Shown: positions 40,028-55,167 of the stretch, in pieces | Numbering within the stretch: position 1 is the first letter of the stretch | How the letters are laid out: each line of letters starts with the position of its first letter | Assembly (NCBI RefSeq): GCF_036321535.1 | Contig: NC_087437.1 | Span: 83,888,001 to 83,952,000, forward strand | From: Camelus dromedarius | Lineage: Eukaryota | DNA length: 64,000 bases | Direction of reading: 5' to 3' | Translations under genes and position numbers: made by a program | Notes under the pieces: generated by a model | Told to the model about the DNA's origin: nothing | Databases searched by the model: none | Seen by the model: the letters and a program-made list of their open reading frames with translations, nothing else

Positions 40028-40929
40028 ATTGTGTTTATAACCTCCATTTCAATCTATAAATTTAGATATATTCTGAAGTTTAAATGAAGTACATTTAGAG
40101 TATTTAGTTCTACCAACTTCAATTTTTCCTTTTTTGGATGTATCAAATCTTTGACATACTGAATGTAGCTTCTACAATTTTAAAGAAATCCATTTTTCAA
40201 ATCAAACAAAAGTTAGTGAAACTCTTAAGAAATGAAGACAATTTAAAGCTAGAGGAGTCAGTAGACACTTGTAATTTTCATGTGGGTACAAACTCTATAC
40301 TAGACGCAACAGTGCAAATATCTTTTAAGTTTTTTCAACTTAGATACACTCAAACCATACATGCAGCACTGGCACCAGTCCCAGGCATGTGACCCTGAGA
40401 ATCTCTGCTCCAGGCCCTGTGGGGACTCCCTGGGTTCGCTAAACCAGACAGGCTTCTGCACAGTGTACTGTTTGCTACACAATGTGGAAATTGGCCGTGA
40501 AATGTCCATCATGAGTGTCTGTATCAGTAAATTCTCTCGTTGTCTATTTTTTATCAGGTAATGTTCTTTTAATCAGTACTAAATGCTCATATCTAATTTC
40601 TCTGTGGTGGACATGGCAACAAAATAAGAATTACGAAAAGGAAGTAAAATAAAGAACACAAAACTAGTTACCAGCTCAGGAATTTGATGATTCCATTAGA
40701 AACACTCAATTGTATCTGAAACTGACTCAGTCCCTTATTTACTACATCTTGCTTCAGATTAATATTTTAGATTCAAACATCATACAAGTCATGTAACATC
40801 TACAGTGGTCCTAGCCAGTTACAAAGATGGTTCAGTATTTAAGTTCATGTGTATGTTTAGAGGGTTGTGGTTATTTTCTCTATGTCTATGCCTTTCAGGT
40901 GAGGTAATGGAGAAGCAGGGCCTCTAGAG

Positions 40930-41075
40930 ACGTACAATTCAAAGTTTGGTCCTTGGAGTGGCACTGCATTCCCTGGGGATTGTTCCAAATGTAAACCCTC
41001 ATCCCACTTCCAGTCAACAGACTCATAATCTGGATTTAAACAAGATCCTCCTGTGATCCAGCTAGTCCACATGCA
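40930..41075. mobile_element. MER5-like DNA transposon fragment
   Basis: tcaaagtttggtcc...cctggggattgtt...aatctggatttaaacaagatcctcctgtgat. Confidence 0.55.
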
Positions 41076-41999
41076 CTTTACTTAATTACACTGTTCTTAA
41101 TTCTTATATAATAGTCACATTTGGTTTACATGCAAGTTTACATTTAGGATACAAAATGTACACATGAGATGGTCTTTGGGGAAGGGAGACACGGAGAATG
41201 AACGAGATATGTTTCTGTGCCTAAACAATGGATGGAGGTAAGAGTAGCGTTCATGGAAGTGAGGAATTGAAGAGAAAATTCTCTTCTTCCCTTGGGCAAA
41301 CATCTAAGTGAAGGAAATACAACAAAAGAAAATAAGAAATGTATATTGAACATTTTATAAGAAAGGAAAGCAGGATTTTTTTTCTTTTTCAGTTGATTAT
41401 TTCTACAATAATTGCTTCATATATTTTTAATCAAATAAAGATGCAGATTTAGTGATCATATATTTTAGAAAAAAAAGAGTGGTATTTATTGAATTGTTAT
41501 TGTTGGGAAAAAAACCTGAGAAAGTAGAATAAGACGGGAGAGAAGAGAAAAAGAGACTTATTGTGCGAAGTTTGTTATTGAGAAGCATGTCACTTTTATA
41601 AAAGATACCAAGGATTTTAAATTACCCCTGAGTGGTGAAAGTATTTCCCATAATAAGCAGCTTCCCACAAACCTCCTCACCTTTTTCATGACATGAAATT
41701 ATATATTTTTATATAAACCTCATGGATACTTTTTATTCTATTATTGGTGGACTAAGTGAAACAATGGAAAGTTATACGAATTCAGTATTCCATGGGGATA
41801 ATTACTGACCATCTGTACATAAAAATGTTTTCTTTCTTATGATGAAATTTCTTGAACAAAATCTAAAAACTGCTGACTGTGGTTAAAAAAAAAAATTAAC
41901 AAGAGAATTATAAGGAGAAGACTTTACCAGTCACAGTGTCTTTAAATACTGGATGTAAGAATAATGAACTATTATGGGGGATTCATGTTTGCAAAATGA

Positions 42000-42385
42000 G
42001 CTACCAGTTGGTAATTAATGGAGCTGTACAACACCCTGGTGAGGTAGGTGTGTTTTATTGTTGCCATTTTACAGATGCAAAATGGGCAGCAGAGAGTAAT
42101 GAAGTATTTGGCCCCAGGGAACCTAGAAAATCAGCATCAGCAGAAAGCACTGACTTTTCTAAAATATCTGATTGTGATGCAAATAGGTATTAGCAATCAC
42201 TTATTGTCTGGGATCTTTTGGTGAAATTACTTAGCCTCCCTGTACCTTAGTTTCCTTATCTGTAAAATGGGAAGAGTAATAGTACTTATCTCAAAGGGTT
42301 GTTATTACAATTGAATTATTTAATCCATAAAAAACACTTTTAAAAGTACCTGGCATATAACTGGTCAACTGTCGCTATCTATGAA
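42000..42385. mobile_element. Two adjacent MIR fragments (minus then plus)
   Basis: ccattttacagatg near 42064 (minus core) and ttagtttccttatctgtaaaatgggaagagtaatagtac near 42250 (plus core). Confidence 0.65.
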
Positions 42386-43034
42386 TTATTAACTATGTGC
42401 CTTTCTAAGCACTGGGAATATAGAAGTGGACAAAAGACGCCCCTGTCCTCATAAGCTCTGTTTATTAACAGAGAGTTCTCTCAGCCAATGGATATCAGTG
42501 TAAGTGTCTTTCTTATGAACAGGTAGAAACAGGAAGTCCCCGGGGCTTGCTTTCCTTGTTTTTTAATTGCTAAGGGTAATTTCACAGTCACTAGGTAACT
42601 TGTCTCAATTTCCTGTAAATGAGTTCTGAACAAGGAGGATTTTATTAATTTTTAAAAATTTTTACTGAAAGTAAACAGCTATGTTAGGCACTGACTGGAG
42701 TTGGGCAACAAAGACAAGAAATGATCTTTCTTCAGGGGCTCACAAACTAGTGAGAGAGTCAGATACACATATACAAGACTTAAATCAAGACGAACTTTGA
42801 TAAACGTAGTAAAAGAGCAAAGAAGCAAGAGAGAGAAAAGTGCTATGGGCACAGAGAAAAAGAAGAAGAAAAGTAACAATGCGAAAACGAAGGATAAAGA
42901 AAGAAGGGAAAGAGGAGAGATACTGGAAGGGTATGTTTGATTTTCAGTGAGAGTTTTGGCATTTAGTGACTGCAGGGGAGTTTGCAACATTTCAAAGGTG
43001 GAGACTGAGACCTGGGTTGGGAGCAGATGATGTC

Positions 43035-43417
43035 TTAGTTATGCTGAAATAAATTTCTACATCCAGGATGGAGCCACTCCCATCCGGAGTGCCATATCAG
43101 CAAACCGAAACTTAGATCACGTTTGTGTCCTTGTAAATGTTCTGCTTCAAAAACGCAGTATATCCAGTTAGCTAATCCCCAAATGCCAAGCCAACTATTC
43201 TTCCTCCCCTGTTCCTTCTCACCCTCAACAATGTTGACTCTGTGGCTCCAGCCAATCAGATATTTTCTATTTTTTTCTTCCTTGTTCTTTATTCTTTGTC
43301 CTATAAAAGCTTCCTGTCTTCCGCCCCATTTGGCAGTTCCCTGAAAGGAGACCATCCACTTCATGAAGTGTTATATAAAGTGTATATATCCCTAAACCGT
43401 CTTCATGGTTGTTAACA
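43035..43417 (+). mobile_element. ERV1-like solo LTR
   Basis: gccaatcaga CCAAT box (~43251), ctataaaagc TATA (~43301), terminus ttaaca. Confidence 0.6.
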
Positions 43418-44469
43418 GTTCCCTCATTACGAGTATGTTCTGCTTTTGGAGAAAAGCATTGTTAGTAAGTAAATACGAAATGTAATTTTTTTTGGCAACT
43501 TATACTTGACTTTCTTCATTATTTTTAGTGTCTTTTCACACTCAAATGATATTCATGTGAGTTTAAAAAATAAAACATTTTTTGAGTACGAACAGGGAAA
43601 ACTAAGAATTGGGGGAGTATGATTAACTAAACAGAGAATATCTAACTAATTATAACCAACAAGCAGTATGTTTTCTTCCCCATACCCCTCTCATCACTCA
43701 CATACACACACAGAAACAGAAGACAACAATAGCAGGGTCTTATTTTTATATATAATTTTGATGTGAAGGTTATTATTCCCTGTGGTGAGGAATTTTTTAA
43801 ATGTGTGTATGCACTTAATTTTAGTATATGTAAGTTACTTGAAAGATAGTATAACCTATCTATACAGCTGTATAACACAAACAGTAGCATTTCAAAACAG
43901 CTAAAAATGTAAGCAATTATCTTTCCAGATCCTTATTTTACAGATGAGAAAATAGGATTAAGAAAGGTCTGAGCCAAACTCAAATTTTTGAACACTTAGG
44001 CCAGGCCTTTTTTCTAAGCAAAGGTCACTGGTAACAATACTATGTGTTTGACCTTAGATATTTGCAGACAACCACATACTAAGCAGCTTAACTCCTTTTC
44101 TGATTCACAGACCAATGCTTCTAACACAATGAGAACTTAAACAGAATCACTTTTTTCAGAGAAAGGTATGAATATTAATCATTTGTGTATTAATTATAGG
44201 TTAGAAATACAGTGTATCTTTGATTGACAGGAAATGTAAGGTTTAGATGCCATAAATTAAAGATGGCTGAAGCACCAATATTAAAGATGGAGGAGAATAT
44301 GAATATTGGAATAAGCTGAGGGGTAAGATTCTCTCATAGCTCTCTGAGCACTGAGGTGCCTTAGCTATTAGCTGGTGCACCACCAGATCTACTTGAATCA
44401 CCTTTACCTGTTCCTGCTCCCATGCCCCAGCTTCTATATGTTTTGCTTTTTAAAGGTTTGTACCTGCCA

Positions 44470-44818
44470 TATTGTTAAGACACCTAACCTTGGGCTTCTG
44501 GAGCCAGTCCAGAGAACCAGAAGTGCCTAAGACTTTTTCCTGCACACCACATATATGCCTCCATTCAGGTCTGTATTCAATGACAGACTGAAGCCAGAGT
44601 ATGGAAGTTCAGCTTCTTTGTCTCCATAGAATGAAACTCTGAGATGTAATTTAGACTCCAGCGTTCCCCTTAGTCGCTGAATTTGATTGGCATCTTCCTT
44701 CCCGGCAGGTCCTGCTTCCCCCATTGTCTTACCAGTTCTCCTGGGAGCTTTCTTAACTAATCACTTGCATACAAATTCCCATCTCAGGATCTGCTTTTGG
44801 GCAACTAGGTCTAAGATA
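44470..44818 (+). mobile_element. ERVL-class LTR fragment (LTR16/LTR33-like)
   Basis: Terminus taatcacttgcatacaaattcccatctcaggatctgcttttgggcaactaggtctaagata. Confidence 0.55.
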
Positions 44819-47260
44819 ACTACCAGAACTATTTACGATCTATCCATTCCTGCATCCATCCATATTTATTTATATTTGAGACCTCCCTCTCTCTTTCTTG
44901 CCTCTGTCTATGTACTTCCATACAATTGTCCCACTCTAACCCAACAGGTCACTTGAAACAGCATGTTTTCATTCTATACTCTCTCTATTTGTATAATCAT
45001 ACAAATATCTAGGGCGATATTTGTTTTCCCAAAATAAGATCATTTGTACATATATTTCTTTGTATCTTGCTTTTCTTACTGAGCAATATTTCAATTTCTA
45101 GTAAATAAGGAAATTAGCACTTTAACTGAGTTCTATTTTAAGCTGCCCTAGTTCAAAGCTTTATAAAAATATTCCTTGGAAGGAGAAACCATGTTATAGA
45201 TGTAGATATGTAAAATGTATAGTAAGAATTTGAAGTCACAGTTGGGAAAAGGTTTAATGCTGTCAATCATTTTATGCTCTCTCTGAAAGGTCTGATATTC
45301 TAACATCTTTCATTGGTTGCCTACACATTATGTATTTATGTATGAAGAGATCATGATTTCTGTTTAGTTTGTACATAATTCCCATGCTATTGTGTCCTGA
45401 TTTTATATTGTATTATACGTCAAATAATTCACTAAAGCTTTCTTAAATGATACTGATTTAGTGCACTCTTCATCTTTAGGTCTGTTTACAATTAATCTTT
45501 AAAACCCACTAGAAGGGTTGATATCTTTATTTCCAGTTTGTAAATGTGAAGTCTGAGACATAGGGAGATTAATTGACTTTTTCCTGGCCACAGGCATAAT
45601 GAGAGTCAGAGTAACATTAATCAGGAATCCTTGGCTTCCAACTCTAGGTTTACTCCATTAGCGCTGGCTCATTGCCATTTTCTTACAAAATAAACTCCTT
45701 CATAACATTATTTATTCTATCATTAAAACATGGATATTATGTTAATGACCATCTTTCAGGATCTTATTATTTTCTAAAATTCTGATTGGATGAATGTTGT
45801 TTCCTTTTTATGGAATCTGTTTAATTTGTCTTTAACTAGAAATACTGCAAGTTATCCATCTTCAAACATATGAAGTATAAATGACTATAGAATGAGAGTA
45901 ATTTTCTGTGTGAAATGTAACCTTTATAAAACACAGAGAAATATTTTCATCCTAAAAATTTGGTTATAAATATGTGTGCATTGCTTTTTAAATAATCAGA
46001 AGGTTTGAGTACATGAGTATATTTAAACTAGGTGACAGAAAATATGTATATTCTTGTGACAGGTTGTAACATTTGAAAGGACAGCCCAATAGGATTTCTG
46101 AGCACATGATGGCCAGACTAATGTATAGAATCTGTAATCCAATTTAAACAGAGTAAATTCCTCCATTCTCAGACTATGAATTTATCCTAATCAGTTAATA
46201 ACAATGATAGTTTCCACTTACTACATAATGCTGAAATTACTAGATACAGCTATGCTACTGAGTTGGTCTTCTCCCTTTTTCAAACTTACATTTGCTCCGA
46301 AGCAGTGGAATAGAAAAATATAGACTTCTGTTTCTCTTCTTGCCCTATATTTCTTCATAGGAAATCTAAGTTTATTTGTATGTTCCTTTGCTTCTAAAAA
46401 GTTACAAAAATTCAAGAAGTTCTTTCTTATTTTGGTATACCACTGGGGAATTACATATAATTTTTAAATTTTAATTTTTTAATGTAATTCTCCCTTATCA
46501 ATATTCCAGGGTAGTAGAAGCTCAATGAGATATATTATCAGAATTGACTATGTGGTCTGCGATAATATGTATAGCAGCAATATCTTAGTGGTGACAGACA
46601 GTGGGGGGAAGCAGAAAGAAAGAATATGAATACAATAAAGCTAAGCAAGTATATAATTTGGGAAAATGTAATTCAGAAAAGTTTTAAATGACAGAAATGG
46701 AAATTAAGGTTAACAACTGATTTATTTACCAGATTTATCTTGCTAGCTTATAAAATAAAACAGGTAAATGTAAAGAAAAAATTAAATTCATCAGCTATTT
46801 CCATTTATAACTTAAATCATCCTTCTAAATTATAGCAGACCATAACTTTAAACTTATTGGCAAAGGATATGACCTACACGAACTTGCTTTAGGTTATGGT
46901 AATTCCATTCTGTTATTTCTTCCCAACTGAGTTTTAGAAACAATGTTATGTCAATTAAACTGTAAGTTGGAGTTGCTACTTCTTACTATACTGTAAAAAA
47001 CTCCCTAGAGTAGGTCAAGATAAGAGATGAATATGTTGTACCTTCTATTTTAATCTGACATAAAACAAAACAAAATAATTAAGAAATTATAAGCACAATA
47101 GTAAATTGGAGAGTATTCAAAGACATAGTAGATATGAGATTAGGCCAAAGAAGAACAGGTTTTAAAGTAAAATAATATTGTATATCAACATGCTTAATAT
47201 ATACATATATGCATATATATGTATATGTAGTTTTTTTAGGAAGCTCCAAATAAGACCTAC

Positions 47261-47385
47261 TTTCTCATAGTACTTGATCTCGTAGTCCAGTATGGCTCCA
47301 TTGGAAAAAGCAGGTGCTTGCCATGATAGGGCAATGCTATTTTGAGATGCCCAGTCCTTCCTTACCATACCTATCAGGGAAGGTG
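47261..47385 (-). CDS. EPHA6: EPHA6 internal coding exon (N-terminal part of second FN3 domain; exon 6 by EphA-family analogy)
   Basis: Minus strand reads tttctttcctttcag|CA CCT TCC CTG ATA GGT ATG GTA AGG ... TAC TAT GAG AAA|gtaggt. 125 nt, phase 1 to phase 0. Translation (A)PSLIGMVRKDWASQNSIALSWQAPAFSNGAILDYEIKYYEK is recognisable as EphA6 FN3. Confidence 0.96.
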
Positions 47386-48139
47386 CTGAAAGGAAAGAAA
47401 ATAACTAAGAATTAATTGGCAGGAATCATTCTCCATAATCTTTTCTTTAATATTTTGTCTTCCAAGGAAAACATAATTCTTGTTGAAGAGGACAGCAATT
47501 GTTGATGCCAGATTAATATGATAGCCTTAGGATATACTTGACTCAATCCAAATAAAGTATTAAGATATATTTAGAAGCACTACTAGGGAACATAGGAAAA
47601 AACTCAAATAGTCTAAGAATAAGGGCCAGAACTCATCATCTCTGGTTTTTTTAGAGGATGACAATTTTCCTTAAACTGGTTTTGGTTTTGTGCTACAACA
47701 TGAAGTACAATACACTTGATTCTTATATTTTATAAAATCTAAAGCTGCTATAGAAAAGTCCTCTGCAATCACAAGATCATTTAAGGCTTTTTCTTTCCTT
47801 TTGACTTAGTACTTCATAAAATCTTAGTACTTAATAGAAGTTTATATCACAATCTTAACTACAGTAAATTATTGCTTATCAACGTGAAGATTATTTCTTT
47901 TGCATGTTTTCTGTGACATCTGAATACAACTGAAATATTTAAGTTCTGAAGTTTATTTTCATCATCATGTTTATCTCCTTTTCCTATATAACATTTTAAC
48001 AATCCAATCCTAACCCAAAGTTATCTTGTATTAAACTTCCAAAATTTACCTAGAATGTAAAAGTGTAGGTTCTTTTATCTAACAAAATATTTCTCATTTT
48101 TAAGTATTCTAATTATTTTCAAAAGTAGTTTTCTACATA

Positions 48140-49200
48140 GATTTTAAAACTCACTCTTAAAAATACAATAAATATACTGAGATTGGTGAAAAAAATCAAC
48201 CTAGGTAATTGGCAAAATTCCAAAAATTTGACACGGGGCTCTGTTGGTCAGACTAAGGGGAAAAGCACTTTAATACACTGGTGATGTAAATGCAAAAAAC
48301 CACAACCCTTATGATGGGAAATTTAATAATTTAAGGTAAATTATATATTCATTTACACTAGTTTGGGAATCTATCCCAAAGATATACTGCACAAATACAA
48401 AGTGACATATTTACAAGACTACTCACTGAGATTCATTTATAAAGATTGGAAACAATTTAAATGCCCATCAATAGGGAATCAGTTAAAAAAACTATGCTAC
48501 ATGCACTATAGAATTATGAAGCTGTAAAAATGAATTGTGACTGTCTATAAATACTACAATGGAGTTATTTCAGGATATATTTCTAAGTGAAAAAAGTAAG
48601 GTGAAAATGTATAAAAACAACGTAAGGATAGACCTAAGAATAAAAATAATAACAATGGTTACCCTTAGAGGGTGGGAAGCAACAGGATGGACTCTACAGG
48701 GTTAGAAGCAAAACATGTCTGACTATATCTCCCCTTGAAGGTTTACTTTGGAACCCTGAAAATATTTTAAATAATTTTAAAAAATGAACATTAAAAAAAA
48801 AAATCTCAAAAAAATTAAAAGAAAAATAAAAGAAATCTGTGTATTGAGTTTAAAGCAGAGCTTCCAAGAGGAACTACTTAAAATGATGTTAAAACACAGT
48901 AACAACATGTATCCCAATGGGACATATTTTTAGTATTTTAAAAATACTGCAAAAATTATTAAACTATTTTTTAGTAATGATACTGTTAGAGGTAGTGTTG
49001 GTATTATGATTCTGAATATGTTTGTGTAAATTGAGGGATAAAGCAAATGAGTAATTATGTTGGTGTTACTGAGAATTAGGGTATTTTTCTTATGAGAAAA
49101 GGAGATACAGGTATCGGACCAATGAAGTTAAGTAAAAATCCTGTACTAGTAAACTCGAATTAGAAATAACGTTATGAACTCATGACATCTTTCCAGTTTA
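48140..49200 (+). mobile_element. Old LINE-1 3' region (L1MC/ME-like)
   Basis: ggcaaaattccaaaaatttgaca, tgggaatctatcccaaaga, ttggaaacaatttaaatgcccatcaataggg motifs. Confidence 0.6.
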
Positions 49201-52200
49201 TTTTCAGATATCCATCCAAATATACCAATTGCAGTTGAGAATAGGATTTGAAAAATTGACTATGATTACAATGAATATACTTTAAATTTCTAAAAATGAC
49301 TCAGGTATTAAATTTTGTATTTAATTTCTCAATGTTGTTTTTATATATTAAGGATAAAGTATTATCTTAAATTTGTAAGAATGACAAGTTTAGTTTTCTT
49401 AAGGAAATAAATACTTTAGAATCTATATTTAAAACTCTTTCCAGCTATTCAATGAAAGCATTATTGTTGGACTGAAATATATCCTTAAAATGAGTAATAA
49501 TTATAGAAATTGCTAAGAAATATCAAAGTTTATGCCATAAGCTAAGACAGAAATACATAACATGCTAAATAAGAAAGTGTTCAGAATTTACTATTTAAGT
49601 TGGGTCACATTCACTACTAATAAACTATCTCTAATAAATTTATCCCACTGCATTAATGATCTTGAATTATAATATAATAATTAAATGGTGATCTATGGAA
49701 AAATTATAACTCTAAAGTGAATCATACAAATTAGAAGCTGATTTAAGTATACCAATTCATTACAACTTTGGAAAATGTCCTTTTCCATGTATACAATCTT
49801 ATGGTTAATTTTCAGTCTAATATACAATGTCACAAAGCACTATTATCAACGTATGACATTTTGCCTCATAATTATTTAGCACTCAAGGTCAAATGATATA
49901 ATCCTTGCAAAACTTATATGACATTCAATTATGGCAGCAGCATATTAGAATGACTATTGATTAAAACATAGGTACTATCTTTTCAATTTCCAGTTCTCCA
50001 ATGGTTAATTAATTGTACAGACATATCATTTAAATTTTATAGGAGTCTGCTCCAATACTTTTATAAAATAGAAATAAAGATAATCTATTCCCTGACTACA
50101 CAGATTCTTACTTATACATGGACTTCAGGGTCTAAGAACTTTATAAATCCTAAACTCTCTTCACTTTTGCACATGCCTTTTGTATGGAAATATCCATATT
50201 TTACATAGTTTTAAAATATAAATAATTTTGGATAATTCTGTTTTCAAACCCTAGTCCTATTCTAAACCCTAGTCCGTATTTTAATATAGTTTGCATAATT
50301 TCTACTTTAATGACTATTACGTTGATAATGTTAGATGAAGTTTCCAATATTGCCCTGTGAGAGTTGATATTTTATGCACTAATTTTTTGTGCATATATTT
50401 TCACTTTGATAAACTATTTTATAGAGAAAATTATGATTATCATTTGGATTTTGTGCCATATTATTATTAGCATATTGCTTTTGAAAAAAGTTGTATCAAT
50501 TTACACTAAGCATACATTTTAACCCCTTAAGTTTTAAAGCAGAGGATGTGGGAAACAATTTATAGGTCAATATACACCCCAAATGCTGCATTTTATGTTT
50601 TGAGAGGACAATACTTTATGGAATTCCATTTTAAAATAAGGTTTCAATAGATAAAGCTTCAGGCATTTGTTCTGAATATATTTAATGAGTTTGCTTTCTT
50701 AATAATCCAAGTTTATATAACATCTGAATTTGGCATACTGTGACAACACTGTAGTTCCAACGAATATAAAGCAGAAAATACATTTGTTCTTCCACATGAG
50801 AAAAACTGATTTTAGGACACAAAAGGGCAACTGTTGATTTTGACTTCTGGTTCTAAAAAGTCAGAGAAGGAAAGAAATAGTCAGGATAATAATGTCTTTT
50901 GGAGTTTGTAAGATCAGAAGTTAACTGAAAGACCTGAAGACTCAAGTACTATTTCCCGAGTAAGAATTAATGTATTCAGTATAACCTTCAGTAGAATTGT
51001 ATTTTTGACATACATCCTTTCTTAAGTTATCAAAAATCTTAGCTTTGACCTTCAACATAAATGATTGTTGAATAGACTACCACATTCTTGAAAACGGTTC
51101 TAATACAAACCTTTCTGAATACTGTATTTTCTGAATCACAAATAGTTTACCAAAAAGTATGTAACAAATATTGAAAAGAAAAGTACCAAGCAGAGTTAGT
51201 TAACCAAAAAGATCTCACTTACATTTAGAAAAGTATTGCTTTCTTACGCTTATGTGGAGGTACCTGAAGAAATAGTGAATTACTCTAGATAATTATTTTG
51301 CTCCTAATTAGGAACTAATGCATTTTTATTAAACATTTACTTTATACCATGTATGCTATCTTATTTCATTCTCATAAATCTATGGGAAAAGGACTGTCTC
51401 CACTTGAAAGATGAGGATGTTGAGGCTCAGAGAAGTGAGTAATTGTTTAAAGACAAGATGTGAAGGCCAATTTTGACATTAACTCAAAATGCCAAGAAAG
51501 AAGTGGAACATTAACATTTTTGCTGCACTTTCCCTTAAAATTCACCCTATTTAGTACTGTAATATGTTCAAAATTAAAATGTGTTCTCAAAACTAGAAGC
51601 AAGGAATAAGGCAATGTCACAAATATCCTTGTTGCCTTTGAGTTTGCTACTTCTTGAAATTTTAAAACATCAAACACTAACACTGCTGCTCAAAATCTCA
51701 CTGTGGATTATTACAAATATGTCTTATTTTGAGCATGTAATCAAGATTTATGACATGGGTCACGAGGTGATGATTTTTCCTAAAAATCTGTCAAACGCTG
51801 CTAATTCTTGGTCATCTACTGAGCATATGAAGATTTATATCTTAGGATATCTCTGTGCGTGAGTGTGTGTGTGTTTTGGTGAGAAAGAGGTCAAAGGGAG
51901 AGAGAGTGAGAGGACATTTTTATACACATGTGTTTGTGACAATGAAAATCTTAATGGAGAATGCTAAATCATAGAATCTTAGTATTAGGACAGATCTTAT
52001 AAGTCATTTAATTCGTTTTTTCAGCAATGCAGAAAATCCTTCAACACATCCCTGACAGCTGAGTCTCCACTTCTTGCTGTAGCTATTGCACTAAAGAGAA
52101 CACCATTTCACAGGGCTATCCATTCCCTGTTGAAAATCTTTAACTGATAAAAATTCTCACTTGGAGTCATTGTTTTCTTCCTATAATTTCCACTTAGATC

Positions 52201-53052
52201 CTAGCACTGAGCTTTCATTTAAGTAGAAGTAACTCTTCCACTTTGCTTATCTATCAACCTCTTTCTTCTCCTTTTTAATTCTTTCTCTCTCTTCTTCCTC
52301 TATCCCTCTTCCTTCCTTTCTCTCTTCATTTCCTTTTTCAGTGCTTTTCAGGGTCTCTTTGCTTTATCTTCTCCTTTCTTTTCTTCCCTGTGTCTTCTTC
52401 TGGAAAAATATGTGTGTGTGTATGTGTATGTTTTAAGGAATTACAATCAACAGCACGAGGAAGTGTGAATTAAAAACAATAATATAATAAATAAATGATA
52501 TAAATAAGAAAGTACAACTCAGAAGAGACTTTAAGACTATATGAGTTTTCCATTTTGTTTGCTAATGAACCAACGAGTACTATTGCAGAGCTAAATTATG
52601 TAATAGTAGTTCTTCCTGTGTATGGTCAGGAAAGAGACATGCTATATTTAATATGATAATTTTACTTCTGAAATTTTGTAAATGGGTTATCATGTGAATT
52701 GATATTTTTTGAAAGCTAAGAACATGCTTCAAAATATCTCTGATCAATATCTTGTTTTGGAAATGTTTGTTAAATACATTGTACTATAGATAGCATAATA
52801 TATGCTAATGATACTTGCCTCATATGCGTTTCTTTTGTTGTATTTTTTTTCCTGTAATCACAGTTTAACAGTAATATATATGTGTGTGTATATTGTTATC
52901 TACTTTCCCCCCTGTGGTTAAAACCTGATCATGAGCTTCAAATTCACATGTGATACTTATACATAGCAGAAATGGTGATTTACTTTCTTTCTAATTTCTG
53001 TTTCGTATCTATACACGAGAGTAACACTGTGGTATGTTAAACCATATGACAG

Positions 53053-53470
53053 CCGTGATAGGATGAATGATGACCTCCAAATATGTCCACATTGTAATTC
53101 CCAGAACCTGTGAATGTTCTTCTCTGGTAAAAGGGACTTTGCAGTTTTGATTAAGTGAAGGATTTTGAGATGAGAGGATCTTGGATTATCCAGGTGGGCC
53201 CAAAGTAATCATAAGCGTACTTATAAAAGGGAGGTAGGAGGAGATTTATCTACACAAGAGAAGGCTGAGCACCAAGGTATGTGGAAGCTGAAAGAGGGAA
53301 GGAATGGATTCTTTCTGGAGCCTCCAGAAGAAATCAGCCCTTCTAACACCTTTATTTTAGCTCTGTAAGACTTATTTTCGATTTCTGACAGGTAGAACTG
53401 TAAGATAATAAATATGTGCTGTTTTTGAAACAGTAACTTGGTGGTGATTTATTACGGTAGCAATAAACAT
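53053..53470 (+). mobile_element. MaLR LTR (MLT1B/C/D-like)
   Basis: aatatgtccacattgtaattcccagaacctgtgaatg...ggattatccaggtgggcc...ggagcctccagaag...gtggtgatttattacggtagcaata. Confidence 0.8.
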
Positions 53471-55167
53471 CTTAACAACAGTTCAACTGATTTATCTTTG
53501 AAGATCTTAATTTTGGATACATTTATGATTCAGCAGAGAAAGTGGGTAAGTTTTTTAAAAAAAATATGTCTAAAGCAGTAATCAAGACATCTATTTAATT
53601 AACTAACTCATTTGATGTATTACTTTTAAAAAGGATATGTTTCTCTAAAAAATATTTTGGATACTCTCGTCCTATAGATTTTCCTTATTTAATCTACAGT
53701 GTCAGGATTTTCTCTTCTCTGCCTTTCTTATTCAAAAAGGGAGAAATTTCCCTCTTTCTGATGATATTACCTTAAGTTACAGGTGATACAGGACTAATTT
53801 TTACCCAGCATTTGCTCAGTGTTAATGTTGTTCTATTTTTTTAAGAAGCCTTTAGCTATGAATTTCAAGTCTTTCCCAAGGAAAAATTAATATCGCATTT
53901 AACACAAAGCTTGCTCACTCCTTCTCCTTCTTCCTGCCATGCCAACCTGATGCTGGCAGGTAGTTTGACAAGACATTAGTGAAAAATGTGTGGAAATATT
54001 TGTTCAGAACACTCTCACTACCTGTGGAGGCCACATTAAAAAATCACTATTAATAATGAGTCAAAGTGACACAGCACTGTCAGCATTTAATTTTACAGAG
54101 TAAAACCTGAACTGTTATCTTTAAAGTTCTTTTCAGTATAATCTGTGTGTTTTAAATTTCTATTTTACGAATCTTATGACTGGCTGATTTAATGTGCTCA
54201 CTATTATGCTTCTCTTTAGACTGCTGTTTTCAGTAATTTATACCATATACCTATACTGACTATATCATTTCAGAGTCATTTGAGAAATGGTTTATGTGAC
54301 AGGTGCTATAAAATGCAGTTTCTTTGAAATATATGGGGAAAAAAAATCCTCAAATTAGACCAGTCTTAGATTCTTTTGACCTTATTATTACCTGTCAGGT
54401 TTCAGTAAAAGATATATGTTATATCAGTATTTTCTAGGAATCTAGCAAATGCTGTTCACGAAAATCTCAGAAAGACCTGGTCCTAGAGAAAAATCCCTTC
54501 TCATCTTAATTTCAAACAATTTCCTTATTCACAGCATCCATTGTATTAAAATTAAAATATTGGTTTTTAGTAATTATTCTAGGTAAAAGTACTATTATTT
54601 GAATTATACAATTACATAAATTATATATAAAATTACATAAATATAAAATATAATATCCTAGCTATATTTGAATATGGCTTGTAACTTCTGGGTCTCAGGT
54701 GATTCAACAAAAAGTTTGTATCATGTTCCAAGTATAGGAAAAAAATGAGCCAACTTAAGGACTATCAAAAACGAGGAAAAAATTCTGTTAAACTGACCAG
54801 GAATGTCATTTATAAGTAAATGACTAAAATTATCCTAATATATATTGTGAAATGGAAGCAGCTAAGTGATAAAGATTGCAAAAGCATACATTTTAAAAAT
54901 AATATAATGGATAAAATTTTACACACAAATTTTATTGCTTCATTTAAAAAAATTCAGACTTTTAAAAGAAATCCATACAATAGATTCCAATGAAGCTGCT
55001 TAAAAATAATATAGGTACACAGGCATGGGAAAATAAGTGTAATATTTAAAATAGCAAAAATAAGTTGCAAAATGACATACAGGCCATGATACAATTAATT
55101 TTTGTAAATAGTAAATACCTCCCAAATTGTGTAACTCAATTGTGTAACTATTGTATAACCAAGTTGT

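Noticed and set aside
47162..47260. Hydrophobic C-terminal tail of ORF 47162..47368 (VGLIWSFLKKLHIHIYAYMYILSMLIYNIILL) as an alternative membrane anchor
   Set aside because: It lies beyond a good GTAGGT donor, derives largely from a (TA)-rich low-complexity stretch, and would cut the FN3 domain in half.
50246..50282. Short tandem duplications (aaaccctagtcc x2; also 47805-47835 and 34547-34575) as a repeat array
   Set aside because: Only two copies each with no spacer structure; ordinary slippage duplications, not CRISPR-like.
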